Below, in pieces: positions 15,220-26,493 of a stretch of 64,000 nt of DNA. The stretch is from assembly GCA_002269645.1 (NCBI GenBank), contig NIVC01003300.1, positions 1 to 64,000 on the forward strand, given 5' to 3'. Origin of the DNA: Macrostomum lignano. Taxonomy: Eukaryota. The notes beneath the pieces were generated by a model. That model was not told the origin of the DNA. It saw nothing but the letters and a program-made list of their open reading frames with translations, and ran no database searches. The first letter of the stretch is position 1; the number at the start of each line of letters is the position of its first letter. A program made the translations under genes and the position numbers.

Positions 15220-15730
15220 GCATTCTCCCGCATTCTCCCTGCATTATACCTAATTTTTCTATGCATTCTCCCTGTATTCTCCTTGCATTCTCCCTGCATT
15301 CTCCCAGCATTCTCCTGCATTCTCCTGCATTCTCCCTGCATTCTCCTGCATTCTCCCTGCATTCTCCCTACATTCTCCATGCATTCTCCTGCATTCTCCC
15401 TGCATTCTCCTGCATTCTCCCTGCATTCTCCCTGCATTCTCCCTGCATTCTCCCTGCATTCTCCCTGCATTCTCCCTGCATTCTCCCTGCATTCTCTCTG
15501 CATTCTCCCTACATTCTCCTGCATTCTCCCTGCATTCTCCCTGCATTATACCTGCATTCTCCTGCATTCTCCTGCATTCTCCCTGCCTTCTCCCTGCATT
15601 CTCCCTGCATTCTCTCTGCATTCTCCCTGCATTCTCCCTGCATTCTCCCTGCATTCTCCTGCATTCTCTCTGCATTCTCCCTGCATTCTCCCTGCATTCT
15701 CCTGCATTCTCCCTGCACTCTCCTGCATTC
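15220..15730. repeat. 10/11-bp minisatellite CATTCTCC(C)TG
   Basis: Tandem units with a single-C length variant. Confidence 0.95.
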
Positions 15731-16319
15731 TAAATTCGAGCTTAAGCCGCAGACGCAGATCCTCAGTTCCCAGGTAATCTCATCGCTGAGTGGTTAATTA
15801 TTGTCCGAATATCCCCTCTCAATGCGTCACCTGCCCGGTGCAGCTTTAAGCTGTCAAGCAGACGCGAGAGGATCGGAGAGAGCAGGGGAAATACTGGCCA
15901 CCCAGAGGAGCAGGACGTGGGCGCTCAAGGTCTCATCGCTAATTAAAGGCAATTCCTTTGCGGCACTCACGCGCAGCTGTGGGAGACGCAAAGAGGCGCC
16001 AAATTTCCGAGGAGGAACTGAGATGGGATGGGAAAACGGGACGCTGCTCGGGACCAGCAATTTCTTCATCTTCTAGCTGAGCATCTGTCTGCCTCTGCGC
16101 AGCCTCCCATCTGCCTCATTAGCGTGAGAGGGAAAAGCGCCTCAGCCTGCCATCCTCATGCAGCGCCTCTCTCTCTCTCTCTCCAGTGCGTGCAAGTCAG
16201 CTGGATTCGGGCACCTTTTCTTCTTTTTAAAGCAATTTGCTCCAGAAATAAAACTGGATTTTGTAGGGACTGTCTTGAGGCTGGGGGACTGGCTTGACCT
16301 CACGACCTCAAGAAAATAT

Positions 16320-16485
16320 GGTTAGTTAATTAGTTGGTTAGTTAGTCAGTTAGTTAGTTAGCTAGCTAGTTAGTTAGTTAATTAGTTAGTTAGTTAGTTA
16401 GTTCGTTAGTTCGTTAGTTAGTTCGTTAGTTCGTTAGTTAGTTAGCTAGTTAATTAGTTAGTTAGTTAGTTAGTTAGCTAGTTAA

Positions 16486-16519
<34 letters not shown>

Positions 16520-16581
16520 CGTTAGTTAGTTCGTTAGTTCGTTAGTTAGTTCGTTAGCTCGTTAGTTAGTTAGCTAGTTAA

Positions 16582-16625
<44 letters not shown>

Positions 16626-16645
16626 CTAGTTAGTTAGTTAGTTAA

Positions 16646-16677
<32 letters not shown>

Positions 16678-16685
16678 CTAGTTAA

Positions 16686-16759
<74 letters not shown>

Positions 16760-16785
16760 GGTTAGTTAGTTAGTTAGTTAGTTAA

Positions 16786-16827
<42 letters not shown>

Positions 16828-16849
16828 CGCTAGTTAGTTAGCTAGTTAA

Positions 16850-16925
<76 letters not shown>

Positions 16926-16938
16926 CTAGTTAGTTAGC
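16320..16938. repeat. Second (GTTA)n array with GCTA/ATTA/GTTC variants
   Basis: Tetramer run whose variant set differs from that of the 9-12 kb array. Confidence 0.95.
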
Positions 16939-17612
16939 AAGGGTTCCAATTCAACTTTGCTCGTAACAGCTAGCTAGCTGATGGCTTCGAACTCCTCCTA
17001 GGATTAGCGACAATCACGCGGGATATTTTCTAACTTCATCAGTAATTCCTAACCTCCCACCCCATTCGCATGAGGATTTTGCCCCCGCGCTTAGCTCCTT
17101 GCATTTGGAAAAAAATTGCCGAGTCGAGCATGTCCGGGATGAGATTCGAGCCGGGGTGACGGGCTTGGCTACAAGTTTCCTTGTTCGAATCCGCTTCCCC
17201 TCCTTCCTTGTCTGCCGGATTAACTCGGGAATCAAGGATTAATCCCGGGTCGAGTGGGATATCGAGTTTCGAGTTTTGTCCTCAGAGGCCGAGAGCCTAA
17301 ATGTGAGCTCATGTGAGCTATGTTTTTCGAGCAGGTCGTATTGAGGAAGCGCGCTTCTCTTTGTCAAAGGCCGATACAATGGATCGGAGAGGCAGGTGAG
17401 CGCCAGAGCGATACCAGAAGCCTATTGATAACCAGTAGAAACAAAAGCTTGCAAAGCAGATCAGCTCGAGTTAAAAGCAATTTTGCCAGAACGCTGTCTC
17501 AACGCTATTCTGGATAGAAAAACAGATAGATTTGATTGCTTTTTAAATTTTTTTTGAAGACTAATCAAGCATCTGCTCAGGAACGCTGTTACTATTTTTA
17601 GAAACCTTCTAC

Positions 17613-17917
17613 GATGACGTCACAATCTTAGAGTATTTAAAGTACATTTGTCCTGTGACGTCACAATTAAATCAACATTCATAGTACATTTGACCGGTGA
17701 CGTCACAATCGAATGACGATTTAAAGAGCATTTGCACGGTGCCGTCACAATCAAATGCCTATTTATAAAACACTTAGTGACATCACAATCAAATGACTAT
17801 TTATAGAAAATCTGCACGGTGACGTCACAATCAAATGCCTATTTATAAAACACTTAGTGACATCACAATCAAATGACTGTTTATAGAAAATCTGTACGGT
17901 GACGTCACAATCAAATC
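17613..17917. repeat. 38-42-bp diverged repeat with a TGACGTCA (CRE-like) core
   Basis: Eight cores at 17615, 17656, 17698, 17740, 17778, 17820, 17858 and 17900; five are perfect TGACGTCA. Confidence 0.85.
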
Positions 17918-18521
17918 AAAGCGATGTTAAAGCTGGTTTGTATAGACCCCATTTATAGATTGTACAGTATTCCTGAGCGACAGGTATTTGAGAATCATAC
18001 TCACTCGCTGCGCAACTAACGCCTATCTGTAAGCGTCCATAAGCACTCATGAGCAGTGCGCATTGAGGTGATAAAATACAGAGCTGTTAGCAGAAGCAAC
18101 ATCGAAGCCAGGAAATGAGGCTGGATTGGGAACAGCGTCTCAGTTACTTCATCACTGAATCACTGAACGCAGCGAATTTCACCTGTTGCATTTTTGTCCT
18201 CGCCTGCCCTGCCCGGAAGCAGGCCGCTGCACCGGCCGCAGCTTCTGCTTCCGCTTCTTTGTCAAGCTTTTAGAAGAGGCAGACGCTCGGGCTTAGCTTT
18301 GGCAGGCAAACTGCCGGATCTGCTTTGAGCTTCAGAGTTAGAAAGGCATAAGGCTGGGGTAGTTTATTGCCAATAATAATGATAGTAACAACTATAGTAA
18401 CTATATTTAGGCAGAATACTGCCCGAAGCTGGCCTCAATGTGAAAACATTCTTCACAAAAATTGTTAGAACTTTGAAGCGAGTGTTAAAAGTAAGAAGAG
18501 ATAAATATTAGCAGAAGGGCT

Positions 18522-20030
18522 GGGGGCGATTCTGTGATGTAGTTTGGGGGCGATTCTGTGATGTAGGTTTGGGGCGATTCAGTGATGTAGTTTGGGGCGA
18601 TTCTGTGATGTAGTTTGGGGCGATTCTGTGATGTAGTTTGGGGCGATTCTGTGATGTAGTTTGGGGCGATTCTGTGATGTAGTTTGGGGCGATTCTGTGA
18701 TGTAGTTTGGGGCGATTCTGTAATGTAGATTGGGGGCGATTCTGTGATGTAGATTGGGGGCGATTCTTTGATGTAGTTTGGGGCGATTCTGTGATGTAGT
18801 TTGGGGCGATTCAGTGATGTAGTTTGGGGCGATTCTGTGATGTAGTTTGGGGCGATTCTGTGATGTAGTTTGGGGGCGATTCTGTGATGTAGTTTGGGGC
18901 GATTCTTGATGTAGTTTGGGGGCGATTCTGTGATGTAGTTTGGGGTGATTCTGTGATGTAGTTTGGGGGCGATTCTGTGATGTAGGTTTGGGGCGATTCT
19001 GTGATGTAGATTGGGGGCGATTCTTTGATGTAGATTGGGGGCGATTCTGTGATGTAGTTTGGGGCGATTCTGTGATGTAGTTTGGGGCGATTCTGTGATG
19101 TAGTTTGGGGGCGATTCTGTGATGTAGGTTTGGGGCGATTCTGTGATGTAGTTTGGGGGATTCTGTGATGTAGTTTGGGGCGATTCTGTGATGTAGTTTG
19201 GGGCGATTCTGTGATGTAGTTTGGGGCGATTCTGTGATGTAGTTTGGGGCGATTCTGTGATGTAGTTTGGGGCGATTCTGTGATGTAGTTTGGGGCGATT
19301 CTGTGATGTAGTTTGGGGCGATTCTGTGATGTAGTTTGGGGCGATTCTGTGATGTAGTTTGGGGCGATTCTGTGATGTAGATTGGGGCGATTCTTTGATG
19401 TAGATTGGGGCGATTCTGTGATGTAGATTGGGGGCGATTCTTGATGTAGTTTGGGGCGATTCTGTGATGTAGTTTGGGGGCGATTCTGTGATGTAGTTTG
19501 GGGGATTCTGTGATGTAGTTTGGGGGCGATTCAGTGATGTAGTTTGGGGGCGATTCTGTGATGTAGTTTGGGGGCGATTCTGTGATGTAGTTTGGGGTGA
19601 TTCTGTGATGTAGTTTGGGGGCGATTCAGTGATGCAGGTTTGGGGGCGATTCTGTGATGTAGTTTGGGGGCGATTCAGTGATGTAGTTTGGGGGCGATTC
19701 TGTGATGTAGTTTGGGGGCGATTCTGTGATGTAGTTTGGGGGATTCTGTGATGTAGGTTTGGGGGCGATTCTGTGATGTAGGTTTGGGGTGATTCTGTGA
19801 TGTAGGTTTGGGGGCGATTCTGTGATGTAGTTTGGGGGATTCTGTGATGTAGTTTGGGGGCGATTCTGTGATGTAGTTTGGGGGCGATTCTGTGATGTAG
19901 ATTTGGGGGATTCTGTGATGTAGTTTGGGGGCGATTCTGTGATGTAGATTGGGGTGATTCTGTGATGTAGTTTGGGGTGATTCTGTGATGTAGTTTGGGG
20001 GCGATTCTGTGATGTAGATTGGGGCGATTT
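18522..20030. repeat. 23/24-bp minisatellite GGGG(G)CGATTCTGTGATGTAGTTT
   Basis: About 64 units; source of the 547-aa pseudo-ORF. Confidence 0.97.
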
Positions 20031-21210
20031 TGGGATATTTGGGAGCGACTCTCGAAATAACGAGTACATATATTTGACAATGGCCGACTGAGATTCCAAT
20101 AATTCACTAATCGCTTTATAACTGTCACTGCAAAATACTTCGAATTTTTCCGATTTTCTTATTGTTGCTTTTTTATTGCCAGCAAATTTGTTCAACTCTC
20201 CATCGATTTTCTCTCTTCTACTCGTATATTTCACGACGCTCTCGCGCCTCCTATTCACAGATAGCTGGACCGCAAATCCTAGCCCCAAACCCTAGCCCAA
20301 GCCGTTTAACCATAGCCCTTTAGCCCTAGCCTTAAACAATGGTTTTCAAGTTACAAAACAATAATATAATAATTTTCATAGCTTCACGCGACAGAGCGAG
20401 CAAAAGATGCAGAATTTGCATGCTCATTACTATTCATAAATATATATTTAACACAGTAGAGAAGTTCTGATAACACAGGCAGTCGGTGCAGAAGCCCTGA
20501 CAGTTGAAGAAGGCGGGAAATACACAGGGGGGAGCGGGAGGGAGAGTGAGATGGAGGTAGCAATGGGGACTCCAGCAGGTTGAGCATTCTGATGCAATAA
20601 AAGTGCAACACAAGCAATAGCAGGGAGCATGCTGGGGGGACAGTGAAGTGTGGCTGACGATACAAACACATGGCAAAGTACAAGCACAGCGAACCCGTGG
20701 CGCTCGATCACAGCGTAATGGAATGCTAAACCGCGTGAACACAAACAAGTAGAACTGGTATCACAGAACCCGAGATCACCTTCTGGAGCTGGCGAGCACT
20801 GCCAACTAGCGAAAGGGGAAATAAAATTTGGGAAGCAAAAAGCCACAGCCTTTAAAAAGAGAAAAAAAACGCAACGGCGAAAAAATAGAAAGAGAAAATT
20901 TGTTGCAGAAATTGGATGAGAACAAAATCATCTCAAGGACGGTAGAAGGGTCTCTGCTCACAGAGTTAAAGGACGGAACAACAGGAGAGTCGAGTGGTTC
21001 AAGTGCGAACGTCTCAAACTATAACTATAATAAGTAAAACTGAGAACAGGCAAAGCAACTGAACAGCTTTGCAAAATAAGACAAAATATTCATATATACG
21101 TGAACAGGCCATCGCGGAGCATTAGCTGAATTAAAACAAATCTAACAGGCCCAATTGGCCCCAAGGAAGCACCCAAGGATTGATTTATTAACACGGGCCC
21201 GGGCGGCATC

Positions 21211-21688
21211 TCAGTTCTGATCTCTGCAGCCTGCCGACGCTGCCGTCCTTGTCGTTGGCTGCTGGGAGGCGGCCGGCGGCCTGGGCGGCAACCCGTTGGT
21301 GCGGCCGAACCTGCTGAGCCAGGCCCTGTGCTGCGCCAGCTTGTCCTCCGTGCTGCTGCCAGCCTGCTGCTGATGAGGCTGATGATGAGGCTGATGATGC
21401 AGCAGCCGGTTGGCACTTGTTGATGGCAGCGGCTGGGAGACAGGAGAGGCGGCTGATGACGAGGTTGACACCGAGGGAGACGCGGAGCTGCTGTGGCTCT
21501 GCTGGTGCTGCAGCTGGTGGTGACCCAGGGCGCCGCCCAGGCCATTGGGCAGCGACGGCTTTCTGTCCAGCAGCTGCCGCAGCGGGGCGGCCGGGGGCGC
21601 CGCGGCGCCGACTTTGCGCCAGTCGATGTGGTGGCGCGGCTGGCGCAGGTAGGGATTGCCCGAGGGAGGAGGCGGCGGCCGCGGAGGC

Positions 21689-21720
<32 letters not shown>

Positions 21721-21910
21721 ATGGAGCGCGGTAGCCGGCTGCGGCGGAGGCTGCGGTCGGTACAGCAGGCTCGATAGGCGGCCCAAGTCGCTGTTGAGAC
21801 GGCTCAACGAGCTGGCCACAGCGCCGCTGCTGCTGTCAACGCCACCACCGCCAATGCCGACGCTGCCATGGCGACTGCCGACGCTGCCGCGGACTCCGTT
21901 GATGCGATCG
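21211..21910 (-). CDS. CEP164: Probable terminal coding exon of CEP164
   Basis: TTTGCAG acceptor at 21911 in phase 2, matching the phase-2 donor at 26494. SLSRLNSDLGRLSSLL and DKLAQHRAWLSRF resemble, from recall, CEP164 C-terminal helices. AATAAA about 22 nt past the stop. Confidence 0.65.
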
Positions 21911-21940
21911 CTGCAAATTCGAGTGAAGGCAAAAGTTAGA

Positions 21941-22652
21941 GCAATGTCTAGCTTCAGGGACACTGAACCCTCAGGGCAATGTCTAGCTTCAGGGACACTG
22001 AACCCTCAGGGCAATGTCTAGCTTCAGGGACACTGAACCCTCAGGGCAATGTCAAGCTTCAGGGACACTGAACCCTCAGGGCAATGTCTAGCTTCAGGGA
22101 CACTGAACCCTCAGGGCAATGTCTAGCTTCAGGGACACTGAACCCTCAGGGCAATGTCTAGCTTCAGGGACACTGAACCCTCAGGGCAATGTCAAGCTTC
22201 AGGGACACTGAACCCTCAGGGCAATGTCAAGCTTCAGGGACACTGAACCCTCAGGCAATGTCTAGCTTCAGGGACACTGAACCCTCAGGGCAATGTCTAG
22301 CTTCAGGGACACTGAACCCTCAGGGCAATGTCAAGCTTCAGGGACACTGAACCCTCAGGGCAATGTCAAGCTTCAGGGACACTGAACCCCCAGACAATGT
22401 CTAGCTTCAGGGACACTGAACCCTCAGACAATGTCTAGCTTCAGGGACACTGAACCCTCAGACAATGTCTAGCTTCAGGGACACTGAACCCTCAGGTAAT
22501 GTCAAGCTTCAGGGACACTGAACCCTCAGGCAATGTCAAGCTTCAGGGACACTGAACCCTCAGGTAATGTCAAGCTTCAGGGACACTGAACCCTCAGGCA
22601 ATGTCAAGCTTCAGGGACACTGAACCCTCAGGGCAATGTCTAGCTTCAGGGA
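21941..22652. repeat. 35-bp minisatellite GCAATGTCTAGCTTCAGGGACACTGAACCCTCAGG (intronic)
   Basis: About 20 units; the array edge is about 30 nt from the exon acceptor. Confidence 0.97.
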
Positions 22653-23654
22653 ACCTGAAATTTACGGAAATTAGAAGAAACCTTCCAAGCCTTTCATTCT
22701 ATAAAAACTGAGGAAAGTTCAATATTAGTTCAGTAACCAAATGAAGGTTAGGCTCTCCCGCCTATCGAACCAAAAGCATTGTTAAGCCCAGGCAAGCAGG
22801 AGAAAACAGGGTGAAGCCAGGAGGCTGGGGCGAGGAACTGGCTGGCTCCTTGGAGGCGAGGGTTGGGGCCGATTGTTGACCCACACAGACCGCCATTCAC
22901 TCCCTACGCTAAAAAAACGCACTCTTTCTTCATTATTAGTCAGTCTAACTAGCAAGGCCAAAATGCTTCAAGTACATTTCTCTGCCCCCAATCTGCCTGA
23001 TACATGCCTGAGCTGGTAGTAGAGGACGCGGATGGCAGTGGCTGGGAGGGAGGGAGAGCAGAGCGGGTGCTGGCCTGTAGAAAACTGCTGCAGAAACCCT
23101 CGCAGTGGCAGCGGAAGTCTCTGCCGCAGAGCTCAGGCTGAAATACCTCAACTAGCCAAAATAAGTCCCGCATCTCGCTCGCCCCCCCCCCCACGCTCAG
23201 CATCCGCATGCCGCATCGCTGGGAGGATTTCTACGCGCGTTGGCAAGGATTTCTATGGAAGAGAGGAGGAGGGAAAAGATTGAGGAGAGGAAAACAGACC
23301 TCCCTCCCCCCCCATCTGCTGAGCCCCGTGCAGGCGGCAAACGCAGCTGCGGCGGCAGTACTGTAACTCAGTAATTGCCCTCTCACAGCAGTGCAGATTG
23401 CTAGGGGCAGATTTCAAATCCGTATTATTCCCACTGCCAGATACGTGGGGAGTCTCCTACCTGCATTCCTGTGCAGTGCTTGACTCAGGTCGCTTACTAG
23501 CCCGGCTGCTTTCATTTGATTTTGCCACTCAATGCCATCCAATTTTTCTCCATCACTTATCTGCTGATCTGCATTGAAGTGCGAAAACAATAGCGGATTC
23601 CAGTGCCAACAAGCACACACGCGGGAGAGATGCTAAAACTGCTGCCGACAACAG

Positions 23655-23990
23655 GGAAAGATTAAGGGAGAGAAAGGAAAGATTAAGGGAGAGAGAGGGG
23701 AAAGATTAAGTGAGAGAGAGGGAAAGATTGAGGGAGAGAGAGGGGGGAGATGAAGGGAGAGAGAGAGGGAAAGATGAAGGGAGAGAGGGATAGATGAAGG
23801 GAGAGAGAGGGAAAGATGAGGGGGAGAGAGGTAAAGATGAAGGGAGAGAGGGATAGATGAAGGGAGGGAGAGGGATAGATGAAGGGAGAGAGAGGGAAAG
23901 ATGGAGAGAGAGGAAATATTAAGGGATAGAGGGAAAGATGAAGGGAGAGAGGGAAAGATGAAGGGAGAGAGAGAAGGGAGAGAGGCAAAG
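23655..23990. repeat. GA-rich polypurine low-complexity tract
   Basis: GAGAGAGGGAAAGATGAAGG-like degenerate units. Confidence 0.85.
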
Positions 23991-24584
23991 TCAGAGAAAC
24001 AGAGTAAAATAGAATGCAACGAAAGCCCCCATTCAGGCACTGGAGTGCAGCCAGGCGAGCGAAACTCAATGCAGTTAACAATTTGAATTTAATCAAAAAA
24101 TTGCACTGCAGTCTAATCTTGACTTTTCATTCATTAAAGATAAATTCTGCAGCCGCTGTTTGCTGACTGCCAGCTTCTCATGCAGCAATAAAACAGGTGA
24201 TAATAAAAATTGAATTAAAAATCTGTCATCGCAGTCCCATTGTTAACCCTGGGTTTCATTTCCCAATCTCAGCTCCAGGCATTCAGGCGCTGCCAGGTGA
24301 AATGCATTGAGCGAGATGAGGATGCCAGATATTGGGTGTCGCTGCCTGTGCTCAAGGTTCTGCACCGACTGCTGATTTATGATGCGATTGAGTTGTATAT
24401 AATAAGCATTGAGACAGCCAAGGACTGGCAGTGAGACATTTGATTGCAGACCTGTGCGATTCACTCTAATATGCTCTCTCCCAGCTTCCCTCACAGCATC
24501 TCCCACTCTCTGCTCTCCATCTCAGCCCTCTGCTTTTCGAATTACTCTTTCCTGTTCTTTCCTTCACTCTTTTCTTCTCTCCCC

Positions 24585-24960
24585 TCTTACCCTCTCACCC
24601 TCTCCCCACTCTCACCCTCTCACCCTCTCTCCGCTCTCACCCTCTCCCCTCTTTCATCCTCTCCCCACTCTCACCCTCCCCCTCTTTCATCCTCTCCCCA
24701 CTCTCACCCTCCCCCTCTTTCATCCTCTCCCCACTCTCACCCTCCCCCTCTTTCATCCTCTCCCCACTCTCACCCTCCCCTCTTTCATCCTCTCCCCACT
24801 CTCACCCTCCCCCTCTTTCATCCTCTCCCCACTCTCACCCTCCCCCTCTTTCATCCTCTCCCCACTCTCACCCTCCCCTCTTTCACCCTCTCCCCTCTCT
24901 CACCCTCCATCCCTTACCCTCTCGCCTCTCTCGTCTCCCCCTCTTACCCTCCCTCTTTCC
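24585..24960. repeat. 33-bp CT-rich minisatellite
   Basis: Unit TTTCATCCTCTCCCCACTCTCACCCTCCCCCTC; period 33 confirmed at 24652/24685. Confidence 0.9.
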
Positions 24961-25457
24961 ATCTCTACCTTTATTTTCTCCCCCTATACCTTTTCCACTC
25001 ATATCGCTCTGCGGCTCACTGATCCCTTTTCTCTCCTCGCCTTTCACTTTTTTTTCTATTCCTTCAGTTTGTTCCTATCACCATCCTCCCTTTCACTTTT
25101 ACCTCACTCTTTTGTTCCCGTTATAAGTGAAATACTTTCAAGTTGAGCCAACAATTTCGATCCGTGCACTACATTGTCTTGTTATGATAGAATCCAGCAG
25201 TTCAAAAGTGCTTGAACACCCCAGCTATGCCAATATTAGCGAGCTGTTAATAGTTAATTACTTCAAACACGTCCAAAAATTTTTCCATTCTATTGAGCGA
25301 CTGCTTGACACAGTGGGACAGATTGGGGAGCCTTCAAAACAGGATATTGAAAACTTGCGGGGAATGGGATTTCACCTCTGCCTGTATTTGAGTCACTCAG
25401 CTCAGCTAAGAATTCTGAGAGCTTCTTGAAGTGAACAATTTTTTGCATAAAATTTAG

Positions 25458-26205
25458 TGTCTCTACCTGAATCTCTTCTAGTCTCTACCTGAATCTCTTC
25501 TAGTCTCTACCTGAATCTCTTCTAGTCTCTACCTGAATCTCTTCTAGTCTCTACCTGAATCTCTTCTAGTCTCTACCTGAATCTCTTCTAGTCTCTACCT
25601 GAATCTCTTCTAGTCTCTAATTGAATCTCTTCTAGTCTCTACCTGAATCTCTTCTAGTCTCTACCTGAATCTCTTCTAGCCTCTACCTGAATCTCTTCTA
25701 GTCTCTACCTGAATCTCTTCTAGTCTCTATCTGAATCTCTTCTAGTCTCTACCTGAATCTCTTCTAGTCTCTACCTGAATCTCTTCTAGTCTCTACCTGA
25801 ATCTCTTCTAGTCTCTATCTGAATCTCTTCTAGTCTCTACCTGAATCTATTCTAGTCTCTACCTGAATCTCTTCTAGTCTCTACCTGAATCTCTTCTAGT
25901 CTCTACCTGAATCTTCCCGAGTCTCTACCTGAATCTCTAATAATCTGAATCCTGCGTATCTACTTGAATCTTTTTTAGTCTCTACCTGAATCTCTGCTAG
26001 TCTCTACCTGAATCTATTCTAGTCTCTACCTGAATCTCTTCTAGTCTCTACCTGAATCTCTTCTAGTCTCTACCTGAATCTTCCCGAGTCTCTACCTGAA
26101 TCTCTAATAATCTGAATCCTGCGTATCTACTTGAATCTTTTTTAGTCTCTACCTGAATCTCTGCCAGTCTTCACCTGAATCTCTTCTAGTCTCAACCTGA
26201 ATCTT
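25458..26205. repeat. 22-bp minisatellite GTCTCTACCTGAATCTCTTCTA
   Basis: About 33 units, with a duplicated diverged block near the right end. Confidence 0.95.
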
Positions 26206-26493
26206 TATCAGTACATGTGAACTTTCTACCAAGATGTTTTCCTCCTGTTAGTGTTTACTACTAAACCCAAACCAGACAGCCCCAGACGACATAAAAGCTG
26301 ACAGGTCACAAAAGCAATGTGACAGTAAATAAACAACAATGCAACTGCACTAATAAATTGAGCTACACCCACTTAGGCAATAAAAACTGTGAATTTTCCA
26401 CTCTAGCTGCAAGGGAGGGGCAGCGAGGAAAGCAGAACAAACTCCAACAATGTCTAAATATGCAGACAAGGCCAATAAAAGTGCAAAGCTCAC

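Noticed and set aside
13738-15797. SEKSRETQ, ESPCSSPI, MQGECREN and HSPCIL ORFs
   Set aside because: Frames of the 24-bp and 10/11-bp minisatellites.
17613-17917. Repeat-spacer pattern resembling CRISPR
   Set aside because: The spacers are homologous to one another, there are no cas genes, and the context is eukaryotic.
18485-20288. 547-aa and 220-aa ORFs
   Set aside because: 23/24-bp minisatellite translation.
20384-20846. Three overlapping minus-strand ORFs downstream of CEP164
   Set aside because: No recognisable domain, convincing splice sites or frame preference.
24240-25429. Protein-like plus-strand ORFs in the CEP164 intron; 25127-25429 faintly globin-like
   Set aside because: Histidine spacing does not fit the globin F-helix pattern and no consistent exon chain could be built.
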